Source: Dehalococcoidia bacterium
GTDB taxonomy: Bacteria; Chloroflexota; Dehalococcoidia; Lucifugimonadales; UBA2985
DNA length: 64,000 nt
Direction of reading: 5' to 3'
Assembly: GCA_965218945.1 (NCBI GenBank)
Contig: OZ244718.1
Span: forward strand, 753,522 to 817,521
Made by a program: the position numbers and the translations under genes. Each line of letters starts with the position of its first letter. The stretch's first letter is position 1. The notes under the pieces are model-generated. The model was given only the letters and a program-made list of their open reading frames with translations, was not told the DNA's origin and did no database searches. Positions 35,496-44,845 of this stretch are shown here, one piece after another.

Positions 35496-36884
35496 ATGCC
35501 GGATGCAGAATACGACGTTGTGGTTGTCGGGGCGGGCCCGGGCGGCTACGTGGCCGCTATCAGGGCCGGCCAGCTTGGCCTGAAGACTGCCGTTGTGGAG
35601 GCGGATGAGGTGGGTGGCGTATGCCTCAACTGGGGCTGTATACCCAGCAAGTCCCTCCTCAGGAACGCCGAGGTGCTGTCCCTGTTCAAGCGCGCCGCAG
35701 AGTTCGGAATCTCCTACGACAACCTGAGCTACGACTTCGGCACGGCCATCAGCAGAAGCCGTACGGTGGTCAGACGCCTCACCAATGGCGTGAAGTCGCT
35801 TCTGAAGAAGAACAAGGTTGACCTGATCAACGGGTTCGCCCGGCTTGAGGACGCCAGCACCATAGCCGTGGACGGCGATGCCCGGACCATTACGGCGAAG
35901 AACATCATCGTTGCTACCGGTACGCGTCCGCGGCCCGTGCCTGGCCTGGAGATTGACGGCGATGTCGTCATATCCAGCAGGGAGGCACTTGAGCTTCCAG
36001 AAGCGCCGTCGCCCGTTGTCATCGTGGGTGGGGGAGCCACCGGGGTGGAGTTCGCATACCTGTACCGCGCCTACGACGCGGAGGTCACCGTGGTGGAGAT
36101 GATGCCTCACCTGCTGCCCAGCGAAGACGAGGAGATCAGCCGACAGCTTGAGAGGTCCTTCTCGCGGCAGGGCATAAAGGCGCTCACCGGCTCCAGGGTG
36201 ACGGATGTCAAGAGAACCCCGGAGGGAGTCACCCTGACCGTGGAGACCCCGGACGGTAGCGCCTCGCTGGACTGCCGGAGGGTGCTGGTAGCTGCCGGGG
36301 TGCAGGGCAACACCGACGGCATTGGCCTGGAGCAGGCTGGCATTGAAGTGGAGCGCAGCTTCATCAGGGTGGATGATACTATGCGGACCAGCGTCCCCAA
36401 CATCTACGCCATTGGCGACGTTACAGGTAAGATGCTGCTGGCGCACGTGGCTATGGCCCAGGGAGTCCTTGCAGTTGAGGGCATAGCAGGAATCCGCAGC
36501 CCGGCCCTGGACTACAAGAAGATGCCACGCGCCACCTATTGCAACCCGCAGGTGACCAGCTTCGGCTATACTGAGAAGGAAGCCGGGGAGATGGAGCGCA
36601 GCGTCAAGATAGGCAAATTCCCCTTCCAGGCCAACGGAAAGGCCCTGGCCCTTGGAGAATCTGAGGGAATGGTGAAGTTGGTGGTGGACGCCGATACGGA
36701 CGAGATTATCGGGGCGCACATGATTGGGCCGGAGGTCACGGAGGTGCTGCCGGAGATTGCCATAACCGGCATGCTTGAAGGCAGCGTCAACGAGTTGGGT
36801 CTGCTGGTGCACTCCCACCCCACGCTTTCGGAGGCGGTCAAGGAGGCGGCCCTGGCAGCCAATGGCGAGGCCATTCATATCTAG
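35496..36884 (+). CDS. lpdA: Dihydrolipoyl dehydrogenase (E3)
   Basis: 462-aa ORF with DVVVVGAGPGGYVAAIRAGQLG, the redox centre GGVCLNWGCIPSK, and C-terminal HSHPTLSEAV. Confidence 0.9.
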   Translation: MPDAEYDVVVVGAGPGGYVAAIRAGQLGLKTAVVEADEVGGVCLNWGCIPSKSLLRNAEVLSLFKRAAEFGISYDNLSYDFGTAISRSRTVVRRLTNGVKSLLKKNKVDLINGFARLEDASTIAVDGDARTITAKNIIVATGTRPRPVPGLEIDGDVVISSREALELPEAPSPVVIVGGGATGVEFAYLYRAYDAEVTVVEMMPHLLPSEDEEISRQLERSFSRQGIKALTGSRVTDVKRTPEGVTLTVETPDGSASLDCRRVLVAAGVQGNTDGIGLEQAGIEVERSFIRVDDTMRTSVPNIYAIGDVTGKMLLAHVAMAQGVLAVEGIAGIRSPALDYKKMPRATYCNPQVTSFGYTEKEAGEMERSVKIGKFPFQANGKALALGESEGMVKLVVDADTDEIIGAHMIGPEVTEVLPEIAITGMLEGSVNELGLLVHSHPTLSEAVKEAALAANGEAIHI

Positions 36885-36917
36885 TATCAGAGCGAGTCTA
36901 AATCGGAGTATAGCTGG

Positions 36918-37895
36918 ATGAAGCTTCAGGAGACGCTGGACAAGAGCCGTCTGATAGACTTCTACAGGCAGATGCTTCTCATAAGGATCTTCGAGGAGAG
37001 GTGCGCGGAGCAGTATATGCTGGGGAAGATCCGCGGCTTCCTCCACCTGTACATAGGCGAGGAGGCTATAGCCGTAGGCTCCATATCCGCCCTCGAACCC
37101 AAGGACTACATAGTCACCCACTACCGCGACCATGGCCACGCCCTGGCCCGCGGCATGGATTCCAAGGCCGTTATGGCTGAGCTGTTTGGCAAGGCTACCG
37201 GGTCCAGCAAGGGCAAGGGCGGCTCCATGCACCTCTTCGACGCCGGCAGGAACTTCATGGGTGGCTATGCGATAGTCGGAGGGCAGCTTCCCCTGGCCGT
37301 CGGGCTGGCGCTGGCCTCGAAGTACAAGGGCGAAGACAGCGCGGTGCTGGTCTACCTTGGAGATGGCGCAATCAACGAGGGGGAGTTCCACGAGTCGCTG
37401 AACCTGGCGTCCCTGTGGGAGCTGCCGGTCATCTTCTTCGTCGAGAACAACCTGTACGGCATGGGCGCGCCCGTTGAGGAGACCCTGGTCTTTCACGACG
37501 AGATTTACAAGGCTGCCGACATTTACAAGATTCCATCCAAGAGGGTGGACGGCATGGACATAATGGCGGTGCGCGAGGTCACGCAGGAGGCGGTGGAGCG
37601 TGCGCGGACTCAGGGCAAGCCATTCTTCATAGAGGCTATGGCCTACAGATTCCGGGGCCACTCTATGGCCGACCCCGCAGAGTACAGGACCAAGATGGAG
37701 GAGGAGCGGTGGCGGTTGAGAGACCCGCTCCCCGTGTACAGGAACCAGCTATTGGAAGACGGGTTGGCGTCCGGTGAGGAGTTGGATACGCTCAATAGCG
37801 AGGTTGAGGCGGAAGTTGAAGAAGCCATCAAGTTCGCAGACGAAAGTCCCTTCCCTGAACCCGACGCGCTATTCGAGGACATCTACGCGGAGTAA
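36918..37895 (+). CDS. pdhA: 2-oxoacid (pyruvate-type) dehydrogenase E1 alpha subunit
   Basis: 325-aa ORF with GFLHLYIGEEA, the TPP motif GDGAINEGEFHESLNLA...VENNLYGMG, and YRFRGHSMADP. Confidence 0.8.
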   Translation: MKLQETLDKSRLIDFYRQMLLIRIFEERCAEQYMLGKIRGFLHLYIGEEAIAVGSISALEPKDYIVTHYRDHGHALARGMDSKAVMAELFGKATGSSKGKGGSMHLFDAGRNFMGGYAIVGGQLPLAVGLALASKYKGEDSAVLVYLGDGAINEGEFHESLNLASLWELPVIFFVENNLYGMGAPVEETLVFHDEIYKAADIYKIPSKRVDGMDIMAVREVTQEAVERARTQGKPFFIEAMAYRFRGHSMADPAEYRTKMEEERWRLRDPLPVYRNQLLEDGLASGEELDTLNSEVEAEVEEAIKFADESPFPEPDALFEDIYAE

Positions 37896-37898
37896 GAC

Positions 37899-38870
37899 AT
37901 GCCTCAGATCACCTACAGGGACGCAGTAACCCGGGCCCTTAGAGAGGCCATGCAGGATGAGCGGGTTTTCCTCATGGGCGAGGACGTGGGAGAGTACGGG
38001 GGCGCGTACGCCGTAACCAGGGGACTGCTGGCGGAGTTCGGGCCAAAGCGCATCCGCGAGACACCCATAGCCGAGTCCGTGATAGTCGGAGCGGGTACTG
38101 GAGCGGCAATGGCCGGCTTGAGACCTATCGTGGAGCTGATGACCATCAACTTCAGCCTTCTGGCAATGGACCAGATAGTGAACCACACCGCCAAGCTTCG
38201 CTATATGTCAGGTGGACAGCTGACTTCGCCCCTCGTGATACGAACCGTGACCGGCGGCGGAGCTTCGGTGGCGGCCACCCACTCGCAGAGTCTGGAGGGT
38301 TGGTTTGCCTCCGTGCCCGGGTTGAGGGTGGCAGTGCCCTCCACGCCTTACGACGCCCTGGGCCTGTTCAGGTACTCCATGCAGCAAGAGGACCCGGTAA
38401 TCTTCGCGGAACACGCCCTCCTCTACGGCACACGCGGTGAGGTGCCGGACGAGCGCTACGTCATTCCATTCGGTAGGGCGGACGTCAAGAGAACCGGCAG
38501 CGACGTGACCATCGTGGGCTACGCACGCATGGCTGTGGTGGCAATGAGGGCTGCGGAGGAGCTTGAGTCCCGCGGCATAAGCGCCGAGGTGGTGGACCTG
38601 CGTACCCTGTCTCCCCTGGACGCCGACACTGTTCTGGAGTCGGTGAGGAAGACGGGCCGCGCAGTCGTCGTGGAGGAGACGTGGTACACGGGCGGCTTTG
38701 GGGCCACGGTCGTGGACCTGATACAGGCCAGAGCCTTCGACTCTCTGGACGCGCCCGTGACGAGGGTGGCCGGCGCAGAGGCGCCAATGCCTTACTCCCG
38801 CTACCTGGAGCAGTCTGCCATTCCGGACGAGAACAAGGTCATCCGGGCCGTCGAGCAAATGTTGAGCTAG
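37899..38870 (+). CDS. pdhB: 2-oxoacid (pyruvate-type) dehydrogenase E1 beta subunit
   Basis: 323-aa ORF with FLMGEDVGEYGGAYAVTRGL and RIRETPIAES; operon position fits. Confidence 0.8.
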   Translation: MPQITYRDAVTRALREAMQDERVFLMGEDVGEYGGAYAVTRGLLAEFGPKRIRETPIAESVIVGAGTGAAMAGLRPIVELMTINFSLLAMDQIVNHTAKLRYMSGGQLTSPLVIRTVTGGGASVAATHSQSLEGWFASVPGLRVAVPSTPYDALGLFRYSMQQEDPVIFAEHALLYGTRGEVPDERYVIPFGRADVKRTGSDVTIVGYARMAVVAMRAAEELESRGISAEVVDLRTLSPLDADTVLESVRKTGRAVVVEETWYTGGFGATVVDLIQARAFDSLDAPVTRVAGAEAPMPYSRYLEQSAIPDENKVIRAVEQMLS

Positions 38871-38899
38871 CAGCATCTTCGGTTAGGAGGCGCAATAAA

Positions 38900-40135
38900 G
38901 TGGCAACTACAGTCGTTATGCCTCAGATGGGCTTCGACATGCAGGAGGGCACCATCGTCCGCTGGCTGAAACAGGAGGGGGACGAGGTCAGCCGGGGAGA
39001 ACCCATTGCGGAGATCGAGACCGACAAGGCCATTGTGGAGATGGAGGCCTTCGCCTCCGGCGTTCTGCTGAAGACTGTAGTCGGCGAAGGGCAGACCGTT
39101 CCGGTCGGCCAGACCATTGCCGTAATCGGGAGTCCCGGGGAGCCTCTGCCGGACCTTGAGTCGGCCCCCGCAGCGCCAACCGAGACCGAGGCCCCGCAGG
39201 AAGCGCCGGCCGTTGTAGAAGAGGCTGTAGCAGCCGAGGTTCCTGCCGCCGCCGAGCAGGTGAGGGCATCCCCGCTGGCGCGCAGGCTGGCTGAGGAAAA
39301 GGGCATCGACCTGGCGCGGATCAGCGGAAGCGGCCCGGGCGGGCGTATCACCCGCGACGACGTTCTTGCATTCGACTCGCAAGCGACGGAGACTGCCCCA
39401 GTCGCGCCTGCTGCACAAGCGGTCCCAGCATCTGCCGCAGCAGGAGGCCCGGACTTCGAGATCATGCAGATGTCCAGAATGCGGCAGACCATCGCCCGCA
39501 GGACAGTTCAGAGTATGCAGGAGGCGCCCCATTTCTACGTCACCGCCGATGTGGATATGACCTTGGCGCTGACCCTCAGACAGCAACTGAACGAGAAGCT
39601 GGCCGGCGAGGCCCGCGTCTCCATCAACGACATGATCATCAAGGCGTGCGCCCTTGCCCTGGTCAAGTACCCCACCTTCAACTCCTCATTCCAGGGTGAC
39701 CACCTGAGGGTGTACAAGCAGGTGAACATCGGGATTGCCGTCGCTCTTGAGCAGGGTCTGCTGGTGCTGTCCCTTGGCGATTGCCGGGACAAGTCCCTGG
39801 CGGACATCTCCAAAACCAGTCGTGAGGTGGTGGAGCGCGCCCAAGCCGGCGTCCTGCGTGAGGAGGACTATACAGGGGGCACCTTCAGCATCAGCAACAT
39901 GGGAATGTTCGATGTCGATGCCTTCTCAGCGATCATCTACCCGCCGCAGGCCGCGGTCCTGGCAGTGGGTACGGTGCGCAAGCAACCGGTGGTGCGGGAC
40001 GACCAGATTACCGTTGCCCAGGTGATGAAGGCTACCCTCTCCACCGACCATCGCGTCGCCGACGGCGCGCAGGCCGCCGAGTTTGCAGTGGAGGTCAAGC
40101 GACTGCTGGAGAACCCCGTCAACCTGCTGGTGTGA
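38900..40135 (+). CDS. pdhC: Dihydrolipoamide acyltransferase (E2)
   Basis: GTG 38900 after tAGGAGGcgcaataaa. Lipoyl domain MPQMGFDMQEGTIVRWL...EIETDKA; PSBD ASPLARRLAEEKGIDL; catalytic core ending LSTDHRVADGA. Confidence 0.85.
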   Translation: MATTVVMPQMGFDMQEGTIVRWLKQEGDEVSRGEPIAEIETDKAIVEMEAFASGVLLKTVVGEGQTVPVGQTIAVIGSPGEPLPDLESAPAAPTETEAPQEAPAVVEEAVAAEVPAAAEQVRASPLARRLAEEKGIDLARISGSGPGGRITRDDVLAFDSQATETAPVAPAAQAVPASAAAGGPDFEIMQMSRMRQTIARRTVQSMQEAPHFYVTADVDMTLALTLRQQLNEKLAGEARVSINDMIIKACALALVKYPTFNSSFQGDHLRVYKQVNIGIAVALEQGLLVLSLGDCRDKSLADISKTSREVVERAQAGVLREEDYTGGTFSISNMGMFDVDAFSAIIYPPQAAVLAVGTVRKQPVVRDDQITVAQVMKATLSTDHRVADGAQAAEFAVEVKRLLENPVNLLV

Positions 40136-40144
40136 GGGGCTGGC

Positions 40145-40528
40145 CTAAGAACTTGCCAGCGCCTCTGCGTCCATGATGTACTGGATGGTCTCGCGAATGC
40201 GCCGCCCCGTCACCTCAAGGGGTTCGCAGAGGCCGAGGTAGAAGCACTGACCGTGCAGTTGCCCTTGCCTGGTGAAATAGCGCCCCACCAATATCTTGAG
40301 CCGGTTGTCGTTGTGCGCCAGTGCGTCCAACCCGACTCTGGTCTCCAAGGTCTTGAGTGGTTCCTCGCCGGTGTGGGCCAGAATCAGGGCGTTGGTGGCT
40401 CGCAGAGTCGCGCACCACGCTTTCTCAGCGGCGTCACGAATGTCGCCTTGCTCCAGCCGTTCAAGCGCCTCGGAGTGTACCTGGCGGGCGTCTGCAAAAA
40501 TCCTGTGTACGTCGGCGGTTATGGTCAT
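40145..40528 (-). CDS. PaREP1/HEPN-like protein, copy 1 (divergent central segment)
   Basis: ATG 40528, consistent with the paralogs. MTITADVHRIFADARQVHSEALERLEQGDIRDAAEKAWCATLRATNALILAHTGEEP then a divergent middle with an RQGQLH (Rx4H) motif, ending RRIRETIQYIMDAEALASS. Confidence 0.65.
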   Translation of the reverse strand: MTITADVHRIFADARQVHSEALERLEQGDIRDAAEKAWCATLRATNALILAHTGEEPLKTLETRVGLDALAHNDNRLKILVGRYFTRQGQLHGQCFYLGLCEPLEVTGRRIRETIQYIMDAEALASS

Positions 40529-40570
40529 GGGTAGCAACCTTGGCTAAAGGTTATCACGGACGACAAGCGA

Positions 40571-40954
40571 TCAGGCGCCTGCCAGCGCCTCTGCGTCCAT
40601 GATGTACTGGATGGTCTCGCGGATGCGCCGCTCAATGAGGTCAACCGGTTCGCATATGCCGAGGTAGAAACAGTCGCCATGTAGGGAGCTCTGCCTAGAG
40701 TAGTAGCGATTCACCAGAGACTGGACTTGGCTGTCTCTTTGGGCCAGTCTCTCCAAACCAATCCTGCTGTAGGTAGTTCTTTCTGGTTCCTCGCCGGTGT
40801 GCGCCAGAATCAGGGCGTTGGTGGCCCGCAGAGTCGCGCACCACGCTTTCTCGGCGGCGTCACGAATGTCGCCTTGCTCCAGCCGTTCAAGCGCCTCGGC
40901 GTGTACCTGGCGGGCGTCTGCAAGAATCCTGTGTACGTCGGCGGTTATGGTCAC
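40571..40954 (-). CDS. PaREP1/HEPN-like protein, copy 2
   Basis: 127-aa ORF with a GTG start. Contains GDIRDAAEKAWCA... and YYSRQSSLHGDCFY (Rx4H). Confidence 0.65.
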   Translation of the reverse strand: MTITADVHRILADARQVHAEALERLEQGDIRDAAEKAWCATLRATNALILAHTGEEPERTTYSRIGLERLAQRDSQVQSLVNRYYSRQSSLHGDCFYLGICEPVDLIERRIRETIQYIMDAEALAGA

Positions 40955-40996
40955 GTTTCACAACCTTGGCTAAAGGTTATCACGGACGACAAGCGA

Positions 40997-41380
40997 TCAG
41001 GCGCCTGCCAGCGCCTCTGCGTCCATGATGTACTGGATGGTCTCGCGGATGCGCCGCTCAATGAGGTCAACCGGTTCGCATATGCCGAGGTAGAAACAGT
41101 CGCCATGTAGGGAGCTCTGCCTAGAGTAGTAGCGATTCACCAGAGACTGGACTTGGCTGTCTCTTTGGGCCAGTCTCTCCAAACCAATCCTGCTGTAGGT
41201 AGTTCTTTCTGGTTCCTCGCCGGTGTGCGCCAGTATCAGGGCGTTGGTGGCCCGCAGCGTGGCGCACCACGCTTTCTCGGCGGCGTCACGAATGTCGCCT
41301 TGCTCCAGCCGTTCAAGCGCCTCGGAGTGTACCTGGCGGGCGTCTGCAAAAATCCTGTGTACGTCGGCGGTTATGGTCAT
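40997..41380 (-). CDS. PaREP1/HEPN-like protein, copy 3
   Basis: 127-aa ORF with an ATG start. Differs from copy 2 by only 2 aa (F/L and S/A). Confidence 0.65.
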   Translation of the reverse strand: MTITADVHRIFADARQVHSEALERLEQGDIRDAAEKAWCATLRATNALILAHTGEEPERTTYSRIGLERLAQRDSQVQSLVNRYYSRQSSLHGDCFYLGICEPVDLIERRIRETIQYIMDAEALAGA

Positions 41381-41459
41381 GTTTCACAACCTTGGCTAAA
41401 GGTTATCACAGATAACGGGCGATTTCATCACAGGGCGGCCACAGCCTTGTAGCAGCAGA

Positions 41460-41783
41460 TCACATCGGTGGGGTCAGGTACTCGCGCACCTCGATCTCGC
41501 AGCCTTCGGCGAAGCGCAGGTGGGGGTGACTCTGCACCATAGCAATCGCCGCCTCCATGCTATCCGCTTCCAGGATTGAGAATCCAGTTACGTTTGGATC
41601 TCCCTGGGAGCTCCCGGAGACGCCTACTCTCGTCCCTAAGTCCAGCATTCCTCCGAAATCAATGACGCCCTCACCCCACTGCCCGAACCAGTCCATCCAC
41701 GCCTTTCCGTCATCCGGAGTGGCCTTCGACATCTGCTCCCTGGCCGTCATGGGGGCCCGGTAAAGCACAACAAATCTACTCAT
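41460..41783 (-). CDS. Small YciI/dimeric alpha-beta-barrel-like protein (tentative)
   Basis: 107-aa ORF. FVVLYRAP...W..W...G...GFSILEADSMEAAIAMVQSHPHL...EIEVRE resembles YCII-related proteins. Weak call. Confidence 0.35.
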   Translation of the reverse strand: MSRFVVLYRAPMTAREQMSKATPDDGKAWMDWFGQWGEGVIDFGGMLDLGTRVGVSGSSQGDPNVTGFSILEADSMEAAIAMVQSHPHLRFAEGCEIEVREYLTPPM

Positions 41784-41914
41784 CCTCTAAACCTCTCCTT
41801 AACTGTTCTCTTTGGGATTCAAGCTATGGGAATGTACCACTGGGCGTTGCCGGAAGCAAGCTAATCAAAACCTTGTAGCAGCGCGTTCCTTCTGCTATAT
41901 TTAACATACAGGCA

Positions 41915-42006
41915 GGAGGGATCGCATAGTGGCCTAGTGCGGCCGCCTGCTAAGCGGTTAGGGGGCGAAAGCTCTCTCATGGGTTCGAATCCCATTCCCT
42001 CCGCCA
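41915..42006 (+). tRNA. tRNA-Ser (anticodon GCU), class II with long variable arm, CCA encoded
   Basis: Acceptor GGAGGGA/TCCCTCC. Anticodon stem GCCGC/GCGGT with loop CT-GCT-AA. Variable arm agggggc-gaaa-gctctct. T-arm ATGGG-TTCGAAT-CCCAT. Discriminator G plus CCA. Confidence 0.9.
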
Positions 42007-42035
42007 GCCCTATTAAACGCCAGGGTAAAGCACAA

Positions 42036-43334
42036 ATGCCACAAACCCAGATGAGTTCCCAGAGCTACTATATCTGGACCATCGGTTGCCAGATGAACAA
42101 GGCCGACTCCGAGCGGCTCGCCGGAGCCTTGGAGGGGCTTGGCTACCGGGAGTGCGCCTCGCCCAAAGAGGCGGGCGTCATTGTCCTGAACAGCTGTGTC
42201 GTGCGGCAGAGCGCCGAGGACAAGGTCACTGGCATGATCACGTCCCTCAAGCCCCTCAAGCAGCGGGATCCTGAGCGGATCGTCGCCCTGATGGGGTGCA
42301 TGGTCGGCCCCAAGACCACCGAGCTCGAGCGCCGCTACCCTTACGTAGACGTATTCATGTCGCCCCAGCAGTATGCACCGCTCATCGACCTCATTGGAGG
42401 TCGATTTGGTATGGACACCGAGGGCTGCCTGCAGAACCTGGCCCCCGTCAGGCCGCAGGTCACCACCTACGTGCCCATCATTCACGGGTGCGACGAGTTC
42501 TGCTCCTTCTGCATCATCCCATACAGGCGCGGCCGGCAGAAGAGTCGCCCGGTAGACGACGTTGTAAGGGAGGTGGAGCTTCTTGTGCAGCGCGGCGTCA
42601 GGGAGGTCACACTTCTGGGCCAGACTGTCGATGCATACGGCCTCGACCTGCCGGACGAGCCGGACCTGGCAGACCTGCTGGAGGCGGTACATCCCATCGA
42701 CGGCCTGGAGCGGATTCGCTTTCTCACCTCCCATCCTCGCTTTATGAGCGACCGCATAATCCAGGCGGTTGCAGATTCGCCCAAGGTGTGCGAACATTTC
42801 AATCTACCCTTCCAGGCGGGAGATGACACGGTATTGAAGAACATGCGTCGGAGCTACACCCGTGACGACTACCGTCGGCTGGTCGACAGGATTCGGTCAG
42901 CTGTGCCCAACGTCTCCATGAGTACCGACGTCATCGTCGGTTTTCCGGGGGAGACGGACGAGCATTTCCAGGCCACTCTGGACCTCATTCGGGAGACCAG
43001 GTTCGACAAGGTGCACGCGGCCGCCTATTCGACAAGGCCCGGCACAATTGCCGACCGCAAGATGGAAGACGACGTTCCAGTCGACGAGAAGAAAGCCAGG
43101 CTTCAGGCCATTGAGGACCTGCAAGAGAGTATTGCCGCCGACATCAACGCCGGCCTGCTGGGACGCACAGTGGATGTATTGGTGGATAGCCATAGCAAGG
43201 GTCAGTGGCAGGGGAGAACTCGCAGCGACAAACTGGTGTTCTTCCCCAGCCAAGCCGACCTCTTGGGAGAAGTGGTAAGCGTGAGCATTGGAAAGACCAG
43301 TCCCTGGTCCCTTCAGGGCGCTTTAGCCAACTAG
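42036..43334 (+). CDS. miaB: tRNA-i6A37 methylthiotransferase (radical SAM)
   Basis: ATG 42036; the longer track ORF overlaps the tRNA. YYIWTIGCQMNKADSE; radical-SAM cluster IIHGCDEFCSFCIIPYRRG; TRAM domain at the C-terminus. Confidence 0.9.
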   Translation: MPQTQMSSQSYYIWTIGCQMNKADSERLAGALEGLGYRECASPKEAGVIVLNSCVVRQSAEDKVTGMITSLKPLKQRDPERIVALMGCMVGPKTTELERRYPYVDVFMSPQQYAPLIDLIGGRFGMDTEGCLQNLAPVRPQVTTYVPIIHGCDEFCSFCIIPYRRGRQKSRPVDDVVREVELLVQRGVREVTLLGQTVDAYGLDLPDEPDLADLLEAVHPIDGLERIRFLTSHPRFMSDRIIQAVADSPKVCEHFNLPFQAGDDTVLKNMRRSYTRDDYRRLVDRIRSAVPNVSMSTDVIVGFPGETDEHFQATLDLIRETRFDKVHAAAYSTRPGTIADRKMEDDVPVDEKKARLQAIEDLQESIAADINAGLLGRTVDVLVDSHSKGQWQGRTRSDKLVFFPSQADLLGEVVSVSIGKTSPWSLQGALAN

Positions 43335-43368
43335 CCCGCAATTTCGTAAATTAAGGTGGAGTGATCAA

Positions 43369-44574
43369 ATGACAACTACAGAGAAACTTCCATATATTCC
43401 TCTAACGGAAACGGAGCAGTCAGCATTCTGTCGCATTGATGAGCCGCTGAACGTGAAGCCTCTGGCGGAGGAGTTCGCCGCCGTCGTGAGCTGGCAGAGC
43501 ATTCCGGCAGAGTACCACTACCTCGGTGGCGAGGAGTTGGAGCGCCGCATCCGAGAGGCCAGGAGCATCCTGGGCAGCCGCGTCGTGGTCTTGGGCCATC
43601 ACTATCAGCGGGACGAGGTCGTTCAGTTCGCCGACTTCCGTGGCGACTCCCTGAAGCTCTCCCAGCAGGCCGCGGCCCAGCCTCAGGCCGAGTACATCGT
43701 CTTCTGCGGTGTCCACTTCATGGCGGAGACGGCGGACATCCTCAGCGCGCCCCATCAGAAGGTCATTCTGCCCAACATCACCGCCGGTTGCTCCATGTCG
43801 GACATGGCCCGCACCGACGATGTCCTCGACTGCTGGGACGACCTAACCGAGATCCTTGGCGACGGAGGCATAATCCCCATTACTTACATGAACTCCACCG
43901 CCGCAATCAAGGCCCTGTGCGGCCGAAACAACGGCATTGTGTGCACCTCCAGCAACGCCCCGGCTGTGTTTAAGTGGGCCTATGAGCGTGGAGAGCGGAT
44001 AGTCTTCTTCCCGGACCAGCACCTGGGACGCAACACCGGTCTGAAGTTGGGCGTTGGGCTGGACGATATGGTCGTGTGGAACCCATTCAAGCCCCTGGGC
44101 GGCAGCACGCCTGAGCAGCTTCAGAAGTCGAAGGTGGTCCTGTGGCAGGGACACTGCTCGGTGCACACCCGCTTCAGCGTGGCCCAGATAGAAAAGGCCA
44201 GGGCCGCCTACCCGGACATCAACGTGATTGTGCACCCGGAGTGCGTGATGGACGTGGTGAAGGCCGCCGACTGCGACGGCTCCACGGAGTTCATCATCAG
44301 GACCATCAACGAGGCGCCTTCGGGGAGCAAGTGGGCCGTGGGCACCGAGATAAGCCTGGTCAATCGCATTGCCCTGGAGAACCCGGACAAGCTGGTCTTC
44401 TGTCTGGACTCGGTTGTCTGCCCCTGCTCCACCATGTATCGCACCCACCCGGCATACCTGCTGTGGTCCCTGGAGCGACTTGTGGCCGGAGAGGTGATCA
44501 ACCGCATCACCGTAGACGACGAGACTGCCCACAACGCCCGCGTTGCCCTGGAGCGTATGCTGAAAGAGGTGTAA
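43369..44574 (+). CDS. nadA: Quinolinate synthase
   Basis: 401-aa ORF with VLGHHYQRDEVVQFADFRGDS, FCGVHFMAETA, GCSMSDMA, HPEC and CPCSTMY. Confidence 0.85.
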   Translation: MTTTEKLPYIPLTETEQSAFCRIDEPLNVKPLAEEFAAVVSWQSIPAEYHYLGGEELERRIREARSILGSRVVVLGHHYQRDEVVQFADFRGDSLKLSQQAAAQPQAEYIVFCGVHFMAETADILSAPHQKVILPNITAGCSMSDMARTDDVLDCWDDLTEILGDGGIIPITYMNSTAAIKALCGRNNGIVCTSSNAPAVFKWAYERGERIVFFPDQHLGRNTGLKLGVGLDDMVVWNPFKPLGGSTPEQLQKSKVVLWQGHCSVHTRFSVAQIEKARAAYPDINVIVHPECVMDVVKAADCDGSTEFIIRTINEAPSGSKWAVGTEISLVNRIALENPDKLVFCLDSVVCPCSTMYRTHPAYLLWSLERLVAGEVINRITVDDETAHNARVALERMLKEV

Positions 44575-44635
44575 GGGGAGAGGGGCTTGGCACATTCCTA
44601 AGAGACTCTCTGAATGTGGTGGGACAGGTCTAGCA

Positions 44636-44845
44636 ATGAACGGCAAAGCAAACAGGGCTGAGGTCTTCATGAAGGCGTTTGAGTCCCTGTCAAAGGCGGA
44701 GAAGAGGGTGGTAGTTTCTCGGCTGCTTGATGACCCCCAGCTCCGAGAAGAGGTGCTGGATATTGGGCTCGTCCGAGAGTGCGAGACAGAGCCTGCCCGA
44801 CCACTTGAGAAGAACTTGGCAGATAGGGGTGCCAATGAAGGCTGA
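44636..44845 (+). CDS. Putative antitoxin, paralog 1
   Basis: 69-aa ORF. RAEVFMKAFESLSKAEKRVVVSRLLDDPQLREEVLDIGLVRE is about 60% identical by eye to the next ORF. Confidence 0.5.
   Translation: MNGKANRAEVFMKAFESLSKAEKRVVVSRLLDDPQLREEVLDIGLVRECETEPARPLEKNLADRGANEG

Larger units (their letters stand above)
40145..41422. repeat. Tandem array of three 426-bp gene-plus-leader units
   Basis: Stop codons at 40145, 40571 and 40997 give an exact 426-bp period. Units 2 and 3 differ at about six positions. Unit 1 is near-identical at both ends but diverged in the centre. Confidence 0.9.

Noticed and set aside
35412-37661. 749-aa minus-strand ORF spanning lpdA and pdhA
   Set aside because: It crosses two clearly recognisable plus-strand genes and their intergenic gap, so it is a shadow ORF. 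The same reasoning applies to 32073-33497 (-), 51151-52440 (+), 13508-14350 (-), 21834-23030 (-), 38867-39586 (-) and 43843-44835 (-).
38681-38899. Upstream extension of the E2 ORF (start 38681) overlapping pdhB
   Set aside because: The extension is Arg/Gly-rich nonsense inside the pdhB coding region. GTG 38900 behind tAGGAGG gives the lipoyl-domain start VATTVVMPQMGFDM.
40145-41422. Regular 426-bp repeats as a possible CRISPR-like or satellite array
   Set aside because: The units are full protein-coding genes with leaders, far longer than CRISPR repeats, with no unique spacers and no cas genes. I annotated them as a tandem gene array.
41937-42035. N-terminal extension of the miaB track ORF (start 41937)
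   Set aside because: The extension overlaps tRNA-Ser(GCU), and the extended peptide is not MiaB-like. The ATG at 42036 gives the canonical MiaB N-terminus.
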